Positions 20,360-31,212 of a stretch of 64,000 bases of DNA are shown piece by piece (positions within the stretch are counted from its first letter, which is position 1; each line of letters starts with the position of its first letter). A program made the position numbers and the translations under genes. This DNA is from Ignavibacteriota bacterium (GTDB taxonomy: Bacteria > Bacteroidota > Ignavibacteria > UBA10030 > CAVZMI01), in the NCBI GenBank assembly GCA_963776275.1, contig CAVZMI010000003.1, positions 1 through 64,000 of the forward strand, written 5' to 3'. The notes under the pieces are model-generated. The model did not search any database and had not been told where the DNA came from. It saw only the letters and a list, made by a program, of their open reading frames with translations.

Positions 20360-20463
20360 GAAAAAGTAAAAAGAAAAAAGGAAAAAGTCGTGCGTTTTAG
20401 GAAAATACGGTGATAATATAGAGTCTCCATAATAACTTTTTACTTTTTAATTTTTCCTTTTTC
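20360..20463. repeat. Inverted heptamer arrays (4x NAAAAAG ... 4x CTTTTTN-like)
   Basis: GAAAAAG TAAAAAG AAAAAAG GAAAAAG at 20360-20387 and CTTTTTA CTTTTTA ATTTTTC CTTTTTC at 20436-20463. Confidence 0.65.
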
Positions 20464-20526
20464 CCTATCAATTATTTCCCAGTGATGCTCTTGATTCTCT
20501 CTCCAAATTCTTATATTTTGATCTCG

Positions 20527-21021
20527 ATGAAAGATACATCACTGATATATTTTATCTTACTCATTGCAGTTTTATTCTGGTGCGGTCTGATACTATTAGC
20601 TCCGCTCGCTACACACTATGGCTATGCAAAGGAGGCGGAGCTTCTCTATACGATGTTCGGCCGTGTCTGTCATCAGCTCGATTCTCATTCGCTCCACATT
20701 GGCGGAGAGAAACTCGGTGTTTGTGCGCGGTGCAGCGCGATCTACTTCGGTTTTCTTCTAGGAGTTGTGTTATATCCAATTTCCCGGCGGTTCTCTGATG
20801 CGAAGCTGCTCCAAAGGCGCTGGTTGTTTATTGCATCCATTCCGATGTGTGTCGATGTCTTTCTTTCGATTGCCGGCGTTTATGCGGCAACGCTGTTAAC
20901 CCGATTATTCACCGGGGGTATTTTCGGCTTTATCCTTGCACTCATTATCATACCGGAATTACTACCGGCGATTTCATCACTCTTATTATCATCAAGGAGG
21001 CACCATGCCTACAAAACCTGA
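20527..21021 (+). CDS. DUF2085-domain membrane protein
   Basis: VCHQ...S....VCARCSAIYFG motif with flanking TM helices. Confidence 0.85.
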   Translation: MKDTSLIYFILLIAVLFWCGLILLAPLATHYGYAKEAELLYTMFGRVCHQLDSHSLHIGGEKLGVCARCSAIYFGFLLGVVLYPISRRFSDAKLLQRRWLFIASIPMCVDVFLSIAGVYAATLLTRLFTGGIFGFILALIIIPELLPAISSLLLSSRRHHAYKT

Positions 21022-21553
21022 TAAAATACTCCCCGCTCTTTATGGAGGGATCATTATTGCCGTCATCTCTACAGTTCCGGGTCTCAGCCTGATTAATTGT
21101 CTTTGTTGCGCGGGTGTGATGATCGGTGGTGTGATGGCGGTCTACTTTTACAAAAATACACTCACTCCTGAATCAGTTCCGCTCGAATCGAGTGACGGGG
21201 TGCAGCTTGGACTCCTTGCCGGAGCATTTGCAGCAGTGATTGCGACGGTTATTTCAATATTCATCCGGCTCCTCTTTGGAGACATCGGATCGAAAATTAT
21301 AATGGATGTGCTTGATCGGCTTGCGGAATCCGGTACGATCCCGCAGGAAGCAATGAATGGAATACGACAGGGAATTGAACAATCGGTGGAACGGGGACTG
21401 GGGTCCATTCAGATACTCCTGAGTTTTGTCTTCAATATTATTATATATCCATTGTTCGGGTTATTCGGGGGTCTCATCGGTGTGTCGCTATTTAAGTCGA
21501 AAAAACAACCGCCGGTCGTTCAACAGCCGCCACCAATGGTACCGATGGCATAG
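21005..21553 (+). CDS. Conserved membrane protein (INCLCC motif)
   Basis: Four TM segments; start MPTKPDK after an AGGAGG RBS; overlaps the DUF2085 stop. Confidence 0.75.
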   Translation: MPTKPDKILPALYGGIIIAVISTVPGLSLINCLCCAGVMIGGVMAVYFYKNTLTPESVPLESSDGVQLGLLAGAFAAVIATVISIFIRLLFGDIGSKIIMDVLDRLAESGTIPQEAMNGIRQGIEQSVERGLGSIQILLSFVFNIIIYPLFGLFGGLIGVSLFKSKKQPPVVQQPPPMVPMA

Positions 21554-21565
21554 AGGAACCTTGGA

Positions 21566-21750
21566 GATTGATGATTTCTGATTGATGATTTCTGATTGAT
21601 GATTTCTGAGTCTAAATAACCACCTGATGAGAATTTTTAGATTAGGTGTAGGCTCTGAAAATACTAATGGTTGGATTTTTTCAAGTGCAATCCGGTGAAT
21701 TACATAATACGCTATCTAAACTCGGAAATCATCAATCATATATCATAAAT
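21566..21750. repeat. Tandem 3x14-bp repeat (GATTGATGATTTCT) with an inverted arm
   Basis: Units at 21566, 21580 and 21594. Region 21593-21618 is inverted at 21713-21738 (23/26 match). Confidence 0.85.
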
Positions 21751-21769
21751 AGTATAACAATCGAGACAT

Positions 21770-22960
21770 TTATTTCGGCAGTTTAATGCGGAAGGTTGTT
21801 CCTTTGCCCGGCTTGCTTTCCTTGACGAAAAGTTTTCCCTTGTGGTAAATCTCAATAATCCGTTTTGAGAGACTTAACCCTAAACCCCATCCCCTGAGTT
21901 TTGTACTGTATCCGGGGCGGAAAATTTCTTTGCGGAATTTCAGGTCAATCCCTTTTCCCGTGTCGGTCACATCTATGATGACTTCTTCAGCTTGATCGAG
22001 GACGGTTACCGATACTGCCCCGATTCCATCCATTGCATCGAGTGCATTTTTCACCAGGTTCTCGATCACCCACTCGAACAATTCACGATTCATCGGGACG
22101 GTAAGATTGTCCGGAGCGTCGAGTGTCAACGAAATGTTCTTTCCCATCTGGGGAATTCGTCGTTGAAAGTATGTGAGAACGTTTGAAAGTGCATTCCTGA
22201 TATTCTCCTCTTTCAAATCGGGCTTCGATCCGATTTTCGAAAATCGAGCTGCTACTTTATTAAGACGTTCCAGATCATTGTGCATTTCCGAAATGGTATC
22301 CCTGATCTTCGGATTTTCCTCTCCTATGAGACGAAGAATTTCGATCCATCCCATGATGCTCGAGAGAGGAGTGCCAAGCTGGTGTGCTGTTTCTTTTGCC
22401 ATCCCGACCCAGATGTTACTCTGTTCGCTTCTTCTGATATGATTAAATCCGACGTATCCAAGAAGAATAAAAAGCGCTGCAAGTCCAAGTTCAATATACG
22501 GGAGCCACCGGAGTTGAATGATGAGAGGTGATTCTCCATAATGGACGTATTGGAGAACGGTAGAATCTTGATAGAGAACCTTAATCGGAGGATTTTCCTC
22601 ATCTATGTGCGCGATAATCTTGTGAATTTGGGCAAGCTGTTGTTCGTACGAGAGAGTCGAGTCGATATTTACATTACGGATATTAATCCTGATTGGTTGG
22701 AGAGGATTATTGGCCCCATCTGTTAATATCATCGGAAAATCAATCGTACGAATAATCTGGTCGAAAACAAAGCTGTAATCTCCCTCGGGCGTATGAGCAT
22801 TGGCGATATATTCAATCGAACGTGCATAGAGATCGGCAATATACCGTTGCCTTTCCTGGAGCCTCGCAACAATCGATTGTGTATAGATCAGTGTTGCGAC
22901 GACGATGATGATTGCGCCGGCAAGGAGGGCTATTTTAATATTATTTGCGCGTAATGCCAC
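21770..22960 (-). CDS. Membrane sensor histidine kinase
   Basis: Two TMs; ETAHQLGTPLS H-box, ENLVKNALDA, DTGKG and GWGLGL. No response regulator adjacent. Confidence 0.92.
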   Translation of the reverse strand: MALRANNIKIALLAGAIIIVVATLIYTQSIVARLQERQRYIADLYARSIEYIANAHTPEGDYSFVFDQIIRTIDFPMILTDGANNPLQPIRINIRNVNIDSTLSYEQQLAQIHKIIAHIDEENPPIKVLYQDSTVLQYVHYGESPLIIQLRWLPYIELGLAALFILLGYVGFNHIRRSEQSNIWVGMAKETAHQLGTPLSSIMGWIEILRLIGEENPKIRDTISEMHNDLERLNKVAARFSKIGSKPDLKEENIRNALSNVLTYFQRRIPQMGKNISLTLDAPDNLTVPMNRELFEWVIENLVKNALDAMDGIGAVSVTVLDQAEEVIIDVTDTGKGIDLKFRKEIFRPGYSTKLRGWGLGLSLSKRIIEIYHKGKLFVKESKPGKGTTFRIKLPK

Positions 22961-22985
22961 GTTAGCCTCACGTTCGGTTGTGTAT

Positions 22986-24275
22986 TCAGGTTGACGGTGG
23001 ATTCAGAATGATCGTTTGATCTCGCCTTGCACCGACAGAAACAATAGAAACGCGGGTATTTATTGATCGTCCCAGAGCTGCAATATATTCTTGCGCACGG
23101 TGAGGCAGTTCAACGAAATCCCGTACTCCCGATAAGGACTGTTTCCAGCCCTGAAAAGTTTCATAGATCGGAGTGATTTGGGAGAGGGATTCGCAATCGG
23201 TCGGGAATGTCTTAATCCGTCGTCCTTGATATTCATACCCGACACAGATATTGATTTCTTCGAATTCATCAAGGACATCGAGTTTTGTAATAGCAATGTC
23301 GGAAATGCCGTTAATCATTATCGAATATCGAAGACTGACAGCATCGAACCATCCGCATCGACGCGGCCGGCCGGTTGTGGCTCCGTATTCATGACCGATA
23401 TCGCGTAATCGCTGTCCTATACTGTTGTCGAGTTCGGTAGGGAAAGGTCCGTTCCCGACGCGCGTTGTGTACGCTTTGGTGACGCCGATGATTGACGTAA
23501 TGCTCGTCGGCGGAATTCCTAGTCCCGTGCACGCTCCCCCACTTGTTGGATTGGATGATGTAACATAGGGATATGTTCCATGATCCATATCGAGAAGGGC
23601 ACCCTGAGCTCCTTCGGCAAGGATCCGCTTGCCTTGTGCGATGGCGTTATTGAGCATAAAGGCGGTGTCGGTGATGTACTCATCGATCTTCTCATCGAAT
23701 TCCTGGTATTCAAGTATGATCTTTTCGACATCGAGTTCTTCGCTATCGTATATCTTTCGAAGAAGTTGATTTTTTTCTTCGATGTTTTTCTTTAATTTGT
23801 CGGCAAGCGTTTTCCGGTTCAGGAGGTCGACAATCTTGATTCCGACACGAGACGCTTTATCGATATAGGCAGGACCGATGCCCCGCCCGGTCGTTCCGAT
23901 TTTTGCCGTACCCTGTCCTTCCTCCCGCATTTTATCAATCATTTTGTGGTACGGCATGATGAGGTGTGCATTGTGGCTGATGAACAGTCGTCCCTTGATC
24001 GATATTCCGAAGCTTTCGATCATCTTGATCTCATCCATCAAAGCAACAGGATCTATCACAACTCCGTTACCGATAACACATGATACATGATCGTGAAAAA
24101 TGCCAGAGGGGATGAGATGGAGGACATAATTCCTGTCGTCGATGCACACGGTATGACCGGCATTCGCCCCGCCTTGATAGCGTGCGACAATGTCAGTGTC
24201 TTCGCTGAGCAAATCGATGACTTTTCCTTTTCCTTCGTCTCCCCATTGTGCACCAACGATAATCGTGACTGGCAT
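22986..24275 (-). CDS. purA: Adenylosuccinate synthetase
   Basis: QWGDEGKGK, GGANAGHT, GTTGRGIGP, EGAQG and GATTGRPRRCGW motifs. Confidence 0.98.
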   Translation of the reverse strand: MPVTIIVGAQWGDEGKGKVIDLLSEDTDIVARYQGGANAGHTVCIDDRNYVLHLIPSGIFHDHVSCVIGNGVVIDPVALMDEIKMIESFGISIKGRLFISHNAHLIMPYHKMIDKMREEGQGTAKIGTTGRGIGPAYIDKASRVGIKIVDLLNRKTLADKLKKNIEEKNQLLRKIYDSEELDVEKIILEYQEFDEKIDEYITDTAFMLNNAIAQGKRILAEGAQGALLDMDHGTYPYVTSSNPTSGGACTGLGIPPTSITSIIGVTKAYTTRVGNGPFPTELDNSIGQRLRDIGHEYGATTGRPRRCGWFDAVSLRYSIMINGISDIAITKLDVLDEFEEINICVGYEYQGRRIKTFPTDCESLSQITPIYETFQGWKQSLSGVRDFVELPHRAQEYIAALGRSINTRVSIVSVGARRDQTIILNPPST

Positions 24276-24304
24276 AATAATGTCCTTTGCAGGAATTGGT
24301 TTTC

Positions 24305-24342
24305 AAAAAAAACCGATCAGCGGGGTATGAACCGATGATCGG
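24305..24342 (-). terminator. Terminator-like hairpin between the STAS gene and purA
   Basis: Minus strand reads CCGATCATCGG...CCGCTGATCGG followed by a T-run. Confidence 0.6.
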
Positions 24343-24377
24343 AGAATAGGCGTATGAGATATTTCCTTAATACCGTT

Positions 24378-24716
24378 TCATGAAAAGCTTTGTACTGCCT
24401 CAGTGATGGTGTTATAGTGTTCGAAAAAAGCCATCAGCTTGGTCATTGTCAAGAGTCCGCGGATTTTCACAGAAGCTGCCGCGAGTTTAAGCTGTCCGCC
24501 AGAATTCTTTATTGCCGTCAGACTGCTGATCAGCATTCCCAAACCTGAGCTGTTCATTGCATCGACCCCGGCAAGATCGAGGACGATATTCTGCTTTCCT
24601 TGCTCTAGAAGTTTATGAATCTCCCCGTTCAGCATCGATGCATCCGGTCCCCCCATGATGCTACCTTCAAGGGAGAGGACGATGATGGAGCTCTGCTCAC
24701 TGGTTGTCACTTTCAT
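24378..24716 (-). CDS. STAS-domain anti-sigma factor antagonist
   Basis: LDLAGVDAMNSSGLGMLI with the phosphorylatable Ser; start MKVTT after an AGGAG RBS. Confidence 0.9.
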   Translation of the reverse strand: MKVTTSEQSSIIVLSLEGSIMGGPDASMLNGEIHKLLEQGKQNIVLDLAGVDAMNSSGLGMLISSLTAIKNSGGQLKLAAASVKIRGLLTMTKLMAFFEHYNTITEAVQSFS

Positions 24717-24726
24717 AGTGTTCTCC

Positions 24727-25675
24727 TTATGATGCAGGAGCAATTGCTTTACTTTGAGCGTTTTTCCTTCGTTCCTTGTAGAGAGTCCAGTCAACGACAA
24801 GTGCGCTTGCGACATAAATTGAAGAATATGTTCCCGTCACAATACCGATCAGAAGAGCAAAGGCGAATCCACGAGTCACTTCACCGCCGAAAATAAAAAT
24901 CATAAGCAGAACGAGAAATATCGTTCCGGATGTTATGATCGTTCGGCTGAGCGTTTCGTTGATACTGCGATTGAAGATCTGTATGAGACCCTCTGTTCGA
25001 TAGAGCTTCCGGTTTTCACGGATACGATCGAAGATCACCACCGTATCGTTGCTGGAAAATCCAATTAAAGTCAAGAAAGCAGCAACCACTGTTTGGGATA
25101 TCTCCAGATTGAGATATGGTGTAAGTCCGTTGACAATTGAAATAAGACCGAGTGTAACAAGAACATCGTGGAAAAGTGCAATGACTGCTCCTGCCCCATA
25201 GATAAACTGGAAACGGAATCCCAGATAAATGAGAACTACAACGAGCGATGCGATGACCGCTTTCAATGCATCGAGCCGCAGCTCGCCACCGATCTTCGGA
25301 CCGATCTTGTCTTCTTTCAATACACTGAGTTCATTCTGCGTAAACTGGTGTCGTAATGCACCTTGAATCTCGATCGAGACTGAAGATCCCTGGTCCTTGT
25401 TTCCGTGTCCGAATGAGAATATCGTTTTGGCTGCCAAAATTTTTTATTTCGCTTTCTCCAAGTGCGACAGTACCAAGAGCCGCACGGACATCTCCGATGG
25501 CGACAGGATTTGTAAAATGGACTACGATCTCCGTTCCACCGAGAAAATCTATTCCGTAATCAACACCCCTCACCGCAAGTGATATCAAACCGGAGAGTAT
25601 GATTGTTCCGGAGATTGAATAGCAGAGGAATCGTTTTCCAATAAAGTCGATGGTTGTTTTTTTAAAAAAACGCAT
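24727..25675 (-). CDS. secF: Protein translocase subunit SecF (one frameshift near 25400)
   Basis: N-part has GIDFLGG. C-part has IGPKIG.EL, ALFHDV, NDTVVIFDRIREN and GTYSS. Confidence 0.92.
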
Positions 25676-25702
25676 GAAAATACTCCCGGGTCTGAGAAAT
25701 GA

Positions 25703-27550
25703 TTAACCAAAACTGATAGCACGTATGCCGCGTTCGGTCATCGCGTCAAAGATGACACGCGTAATAACCAGCGCAGAGAAAAGACTCGCTAAAATACCGA
25801 TCATCAACGTCAAAGCGAATCCCTGAATAGGACCGGTTCCAAACTGATACATAATCACACCGATAAGAAAACTCGTTACGTTCGAGTCGATAATGGCCGA
25901 AAATGCTTTATGGTACCCGGCGTCAATCGAGGCAATCAATGTTTTTCCACCGGCACTCTCTTCGCGAATGCGCTCATAAATCAGCACGTTCGCATCCACC
26001 GAAGTTGCAAATGTCAGAATAATACCTGCGATTCCAGGAAGTGTCAGCGTTGCCTGAAATCCGGCAAGCACGCCGAGAATGAAGAGTACGTTGAAAAGTA
26101 ATGCGCAGACGGCGACCGATCCACCTGTTCTATAATAGATAACCATAAAGAGAACAGTGAAAATAAAAGCATATGCTGTAGAAGTGACGCCGGATCGAAT
26201 GGAATCTTCTCCGAGTGAGGGACCGACATTCCGTTGTTCGATAATATCCACGGGTGCAGGAAGCGCGCCGGCTTTAAGAACGATCTCTAGCAGCTTTGCC
26301 TCGTCGATGCTCTGCATCCCGGTGATCTGCGAATGTCCGCCGGTGATTTTTGTGATTACCTTCGGAGCAGAAAAGATCGCGTTATCCATGATGATCGCGA
26401 TGCGTTTATTGACGTTGGCTCCCGTGATGCGGGCCCATTCGCGGGCTCCTTCACTGTTCATTTCCATCGTGACTTCAGGCTGGTTATAATCACTGCCGAT
26501 GATAGCACGCGCATTTACGATGACGCCGCCTGTAAGCTCGGGGGTAGCCTTTACGATATACAATTCGAAATAACGACGGCCATCCTGAGTGGTTAATTCC
26601 GGTTTGTTACTCCAGAGGAACTGGACATCGTTAGGGAGCAGGAGCTTTACGTCGTCCCGGTTCAGAATTCTATTGACTTTTGCCCGATCGTCTTCGGCAA
26701 CATAAGCCGTACCCATGCCCTGAGGATGCGGCCTGGCAAGATAGTAGAATGGATGACGTTGTGCAAGCAGCGTTGTGTCACCCTGGGCGAGTGCCATGCT
26801 ATCGGAAATAGCGGCTGAAGAATCGGTAGTATTCAACGAATCGCCGAATTCCTTTCCCGGCGAGGAATTTATCGATCGTCTCCATGATTTTATAAGAAAT
26901 CTCGGGATCTTTCAGCAATTTGAATTCGAGCAAAGCGGTTCCCTGAAGAAGCTGCCTGACTTCGCTTTCTTTTGAAATACCCGGTAGTTCTACGATAATC
27001 CTTCGTACCTCCTTGTTTTTGAATCGTCGGTTCTGAAACACCGTACTGGTCAACGCGGTTGCGGACGATTTCCATCGCCCGGTCAACTGCTTTATTCGAT
27101 TCTGACTCCAGATTGCTCAGAATATTCTTATCTTCATCGCGAATATTTTTGCCATAGTACCGGCTCAATCGGATTCCTTTTGACTTCGAATTTCTTGGCA
27201 AAGACTGAGATGATCGACTCATCCGTCGTTTGTGTCTCTTTTTCAATTTCTGCCATAATGCCGTTAAATATATCATCTTTACTCCGAGCCATGTCTTTTA
27301 GGAACTTTACAACATTGACCTCGAGAACAACGCGCATACCACCCTGAAGATCCAGGCCCAGTTTCATGCGATTCAGACGGGCATTACGGATATCTTTTTC
27401 ATTACTATCAATAAATTTTAGACTATCATCTCCACTCTTATTCTTCAGTTGTTGTGTGTATCGATAGTCTTTATACGTCGGGTATAAAAAATACAATGCA
27501 AGAGCAACTGCCCCGACAATTAAGACGATTTTAGCCCTGTTCTTTTTCAC
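25703..27550 (-). CDS. secD: Protein translocase subunit SecD (three frameshifts near 27175, 27010 and 26850)
   Basis: LGLDLQGG, RNRVDQYGVSEP, IIVELPG, LKAGALPAP, VGPSLG and DANVLIYERIREE are spread over four ORF fragments. Confidence 0.92.
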
Positions 27551-27619
27551 GAACAAACCTCCATCTAAAAAGGGAACTTTCAGAATAGCGATCGAGATAG
27601 GACTCTCCAAAAACTATTT

Positions 27620-27648
27620 AATATAACCGCAAGTTGTTCAAAAGTCAA
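27620..27648 (-). promoter_or_regulatory. sigma70-type promoter of secD
   Basis: TTGACT (27648-27643), 17 bp spacer, TATATT (27625-27620). Confidence 0.6.
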
Positions 27649-27754
27649 CAAAAAAAACATTGCATTTCAGACGCATTTGAGTTATATTTTTTATCTCAAT
27701 TAAAAAATCTTCTCCTTGATCTCACTTTAATTCTGCTTGAGGAGTGTTTGGCAT

Positions 27755-29861
27755 ATGCCTTTAATGTCGAAAATCCGAGAACGCTTAGCAACCATCTTCG
27801 GTGTCTTTGCCGCTTTTTTCATCATCTATATTATCTTCGATTGGGGGATGGATATTACCGGACGAAAAGGACGTGGGGGAAGAAGTCAGGGTGACGTGAT
27901 GGGTGAAGTAAACGGACGAATAATCCATGCATCCGAATTCAACGAGTCTTGTCCGGCTGGGCGCTGAACACCAAAAACAGCAAACCGGCAAAGAACCCGA
28001 TGATGATGCCTACCAACAACTCCGTCAACAGCAGTGGGATAACCTTGTCACCCAAATCCTGATCGATCAGGAGATTGAAAGACTGGGACTGACCGTCACA
28101 GATCAGGAACTCATCAACTGGGTGCGCGGTGACAATCCACCGGAATCATTGGTGCGCCGGTTTACCGATTCAACCGGGAAGTTTAATCGCGAAGCGTATG
28201 ATATGGCACTCAACGATCCCCGTCTGAAAAAAGAATGGGCAAAAATTGAAGATGACCTCCGACGGGAAAAAGGTCAGCAAAAGCTTGTAACGATGCTCTA
28301 TTCGTCAGTCAACGTGAGTGATGGAGAAGTGATGCAGAGATATCTCGATCAGACGATGAAATTGACCGCTAACTATGTATTGTTTGATCCGGGCCGTTAC
28401 GTTACAGATACGGCGCTGAAAGCGGCTGATGATGAAATGATGAAATACTATAAAGAAAATCAGGATGACTTTAAACAAAATGCCGTCCGGAAACTCAAGT
28501 ATGTACAGTTCCCTGAAACACCGTCGTCATCTGATTCTGCAATGGTGCTCAACGAAATAAATACATTGAAACAGCAAACAGAAAAAGGTGTGGATTTTAT
28601 TGAACAGGCAAAAACGTATTCTGAAACACCACCATCGGATAACTATATTAAACCTGGCGAAATAAGTCAGAAGCGGGAAGATGCAATTTTCGATGCGAAA
28701 GTAGGATCGGTCATCGGCCCCGTTCTGGATGTCGATGGCTATCATCTGATGAAAATTCTTGATGCACGAAAAGGAAAGGATATATCCGTCCGGGCCAGTC
28801 ATATCCTCTGGATGATTAACCCGGGAACCGATACTGTTCAGATATATAATGAAGCAAGAAAAGTTCTAGCCCGCGCCAAAAAGGGGGAAGATTTTGCATC
28901 GTTGGCCCGAACGTATAGCCAGGATAATTCGACAGTCAACGGCGGAGATCTTGGATGGAACGGTAAAGGACGATGGGTAAAACCATTCGAAGATGCGGCA
29001 TTTCGAATGCGGGTTGGAGAAATTTCCGGTCTGGTTCGGACTCAATTCGGTATCCATATCATCAAAGTGACCGGGAAAAATGATCGTGAGGTCAAGATCG
29101 CCGATATCTTCATGGGCATCAAGCCGAGTGCGCAAACCAAAGATTTGGTTTTCCAAAATGCACAGGATTTCGCATATCTGGCAAAACAGGGAGATTTTGA
29201 AAAAGAAGCTGCATTAAGTAAATACCAGGTCCAGGAGACCGGACAATTCGCAAAAGGTCCAGTTGTTCCAGGCATCGGGTATAATGACATTGCAATGAAG
29301 TTTGCCTACGAGCGCAAACTCGGCGATGTCAGCGATCCGATGCGCGTCCAGAGCGGATATGCTGTCTTCAAGATAAGTGAAATTAAAGAGGAAGGAATTA
29401 AGCCGTTTGATGAGGTTAAAGAGATTGTTCGGCAGCGGGTAGTAAATAAGAAACGAATGGCAAAAGTAGCCGTTATCGCCGAACAGGCATATGCAAAATT
29501 AGGACCCAACGACGATATCTCAGCATTGAAAAAATTCGATCCTATGTTGCAGGTCGTTTCTGCCGAGAATTTCTCACTGAATGGCGCGATACCCGGTGTC
29601 GGCCGCGATTTCCAATTCATAGGAACTGCAATGCGCCTGAAAAAAAATGAAATCTCCAAACCATTCGAAGGCACCCGTGGATATTATATTCTTCAGCTTA
29701 TCAATAAAACCGATTTCGATTCAATCACATTCAACAAGCAAAAACAATCGCTGCGAAATCAACTGTTTCAGGAAAGACGGCAGCGGTTTGTGAATGATTG
29801 GCTTGCAAAAGTGAAGGAAAATGCCAAAATCGAGGACGAACGGGAGAAGTTTTTCCGTTAA
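27755..29861 (+). CDS. PpiD/SurA-like periplasmic peptidyl-prolyl isomerase (frameshift near 27950)
   Basis: N-terminal MPLMSKIRER..FIIYIIFDWG TM and a SurA_N region. Parvulin motifs RASHIL, FASLARTYSQD, GGDLGW and QFGIHII. Confidence 0.88.
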
Positions 29862-29871
29862 GAATTGAATC

Positions 29872-30591
29872 ATGAAAGCCTGCAGACTGACTTGGCTCGG
29901 GGTCGCCGGTCTGATAATGCTCCATACATGTCTAGTTGCGGAAGAAGGCGACTTCATCATCTGTCTCCGGACTACTTATACAACGTCCGCCCGCATCTAT
30001 CTCTTACCACAATCTTCAAGTGAAATATTCTATAATAATTATTCCTCGTTGAGCGGGATAATGAGCTATGGTGGCGAGATCCGGTACCACATTCCATCAA
30101 CAATTGTTGAACTCGGAATTGGAACCGAATACCTCTCGATCACACGGAACGGCCAGTTCTCTATTGTCACCGGAAATCAGGTCTATCTGCTGCCAACCGA
30201 AGAGAAATTCAGCATGATACCAATCGAGCTGAGCGCATATATCGTGCTCCCATTCGGTGAACCTCGGTTCCATATCACAATGGGGGGAGGGACAGGTTTC
30301 TATCTCGGTAATCGGACATGGCACATGGCCGATATCGATGCACCGGTCGAAAAGACCCCGTTTGGCTTCGGAATTCATGTGCAAACCGGAATCGATTATG
30401 TTCTCACAAAAAACCTTGCATTCCGCGGTGAAATAAAGTTTCGCGACCCTCAGTTCGAGGCCACGAATCGCTCTGATCGCATGATCGTTCACTACCAGGG
30501 TAAAAACCTCCCGCTCGAACAGACCGAATTTTTCTCGCGAATAAATGTCGACGGGATTGCGTTTACCATCGGAATTGTGTACTATTTTTAA
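29872..30591 (+). CDS. Outer-membrane beta-barrel protein
   Basis: Signal peptide, amphipathic beta strands and a C-terminal GIVYYF beta-signal. Confidence 0.7.
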   Translation: MKACRLTWLGVAGLIMLHTCLVAEEGDFIICLRTTYTTSARIYLLPQSSSEIFYNNYSSLSGIMSYGGEIRYHIPSTIVELGIGTEYLSITRNGQFSIVTGNQVYLLPTEEKFSMIPIELSAYIVLPFGEPRFHITMGGGTGFYLGNRTWHMADIDAPVEKTPFGFGIHVQTGIDYVLTKNLAFRGEIKFRDPQFEATNRSDRMIVHYQGKNLPLEQTEFFSRINVDGIAFTIGIVYYF

Positions 30592-30648
30592 GGAATAGCA
30601 TCGCAGTCCCGATTTTCTATTAAGCAAGAAATCGGATTCATCCCTGGA

Positions 30649-31212
30649 ATGTCAATCATCGGTATGAATACTCATAAAAAAAATATTATTTATCTTACTG
30701 GATTCATGGGAAGCGGTAAAAGTACAATCGGTCCGATTCTCGCAAATACACTTGGATATCGGTTTATCGATCTTGATCATTATATTGAAGAGCAGACTGC
30801 GAAAACTATCGCGCAGATTTTTTCCGAACAGGGCGAACCGGCATTCCGTGCACTCGAAACCCATGCGCTTAAATTGCTGATTCCCGAACAGAAAGTGGTT
30901 ATAGCTCTTGGCGGGGGGACGCTGGTGGCCGAGGAAAACCTTCAACTGGTAAAAGAATATGGGATATTAATTTACTTAAAGACCAATGTTGAACAAATAG
31001 TCCATCGAATGAAGAATAAAATGGATCGGCCGCTTCTCCGCGGGCCAAATGGTGAACAACTCCCGGAACAAAAGCTGCGTGCACGTATTCAACGTTTGGT
31101 CGGCGAACGGGAAAAATACTATAAGAATGCTGACCTCATTGTATCAACTTCAAATCGGAAGGTTGGTGTTTCTGTCGATGAAATTGTCCACAAGATACGA
31201 CATTATGCATGA
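30649..31212 (+). CDS. aroK: Shikimate kinase
   Basis: GFMGSGKST, DLD, GEPAFR, ALGGG and RPLL motifs. Confidence 0.95.
   Translation: MSIIGMNTHKKNIIYLTGFMGSGKSTIGPILANTLGYRFIDLDHYIEEQTAKTIAQIFSEQGEPAFRALETHALKLLIPEQKVVIALGGGTLVAEENLQLVKEYGILIYLKTNVEQIVHRMKNKMDRPLLRGPNGEQLPEQKLRARIQRLVGEREKYYKNADLIVSTSNRKVGVSVDEIVHKIRHYA

Noticed and set aside
21566-21610. CRISPR array
   Set aside because: These are contiguous 14-bp tandem units with no spacers and no cas genes.
25331-27610. secD/secF pseudogenes or programmed frameshifting
   Set aside because: Motifs are intact, there is no consistent slippery site, and indels are spread across the window, so sequencing error is more parsimonious.
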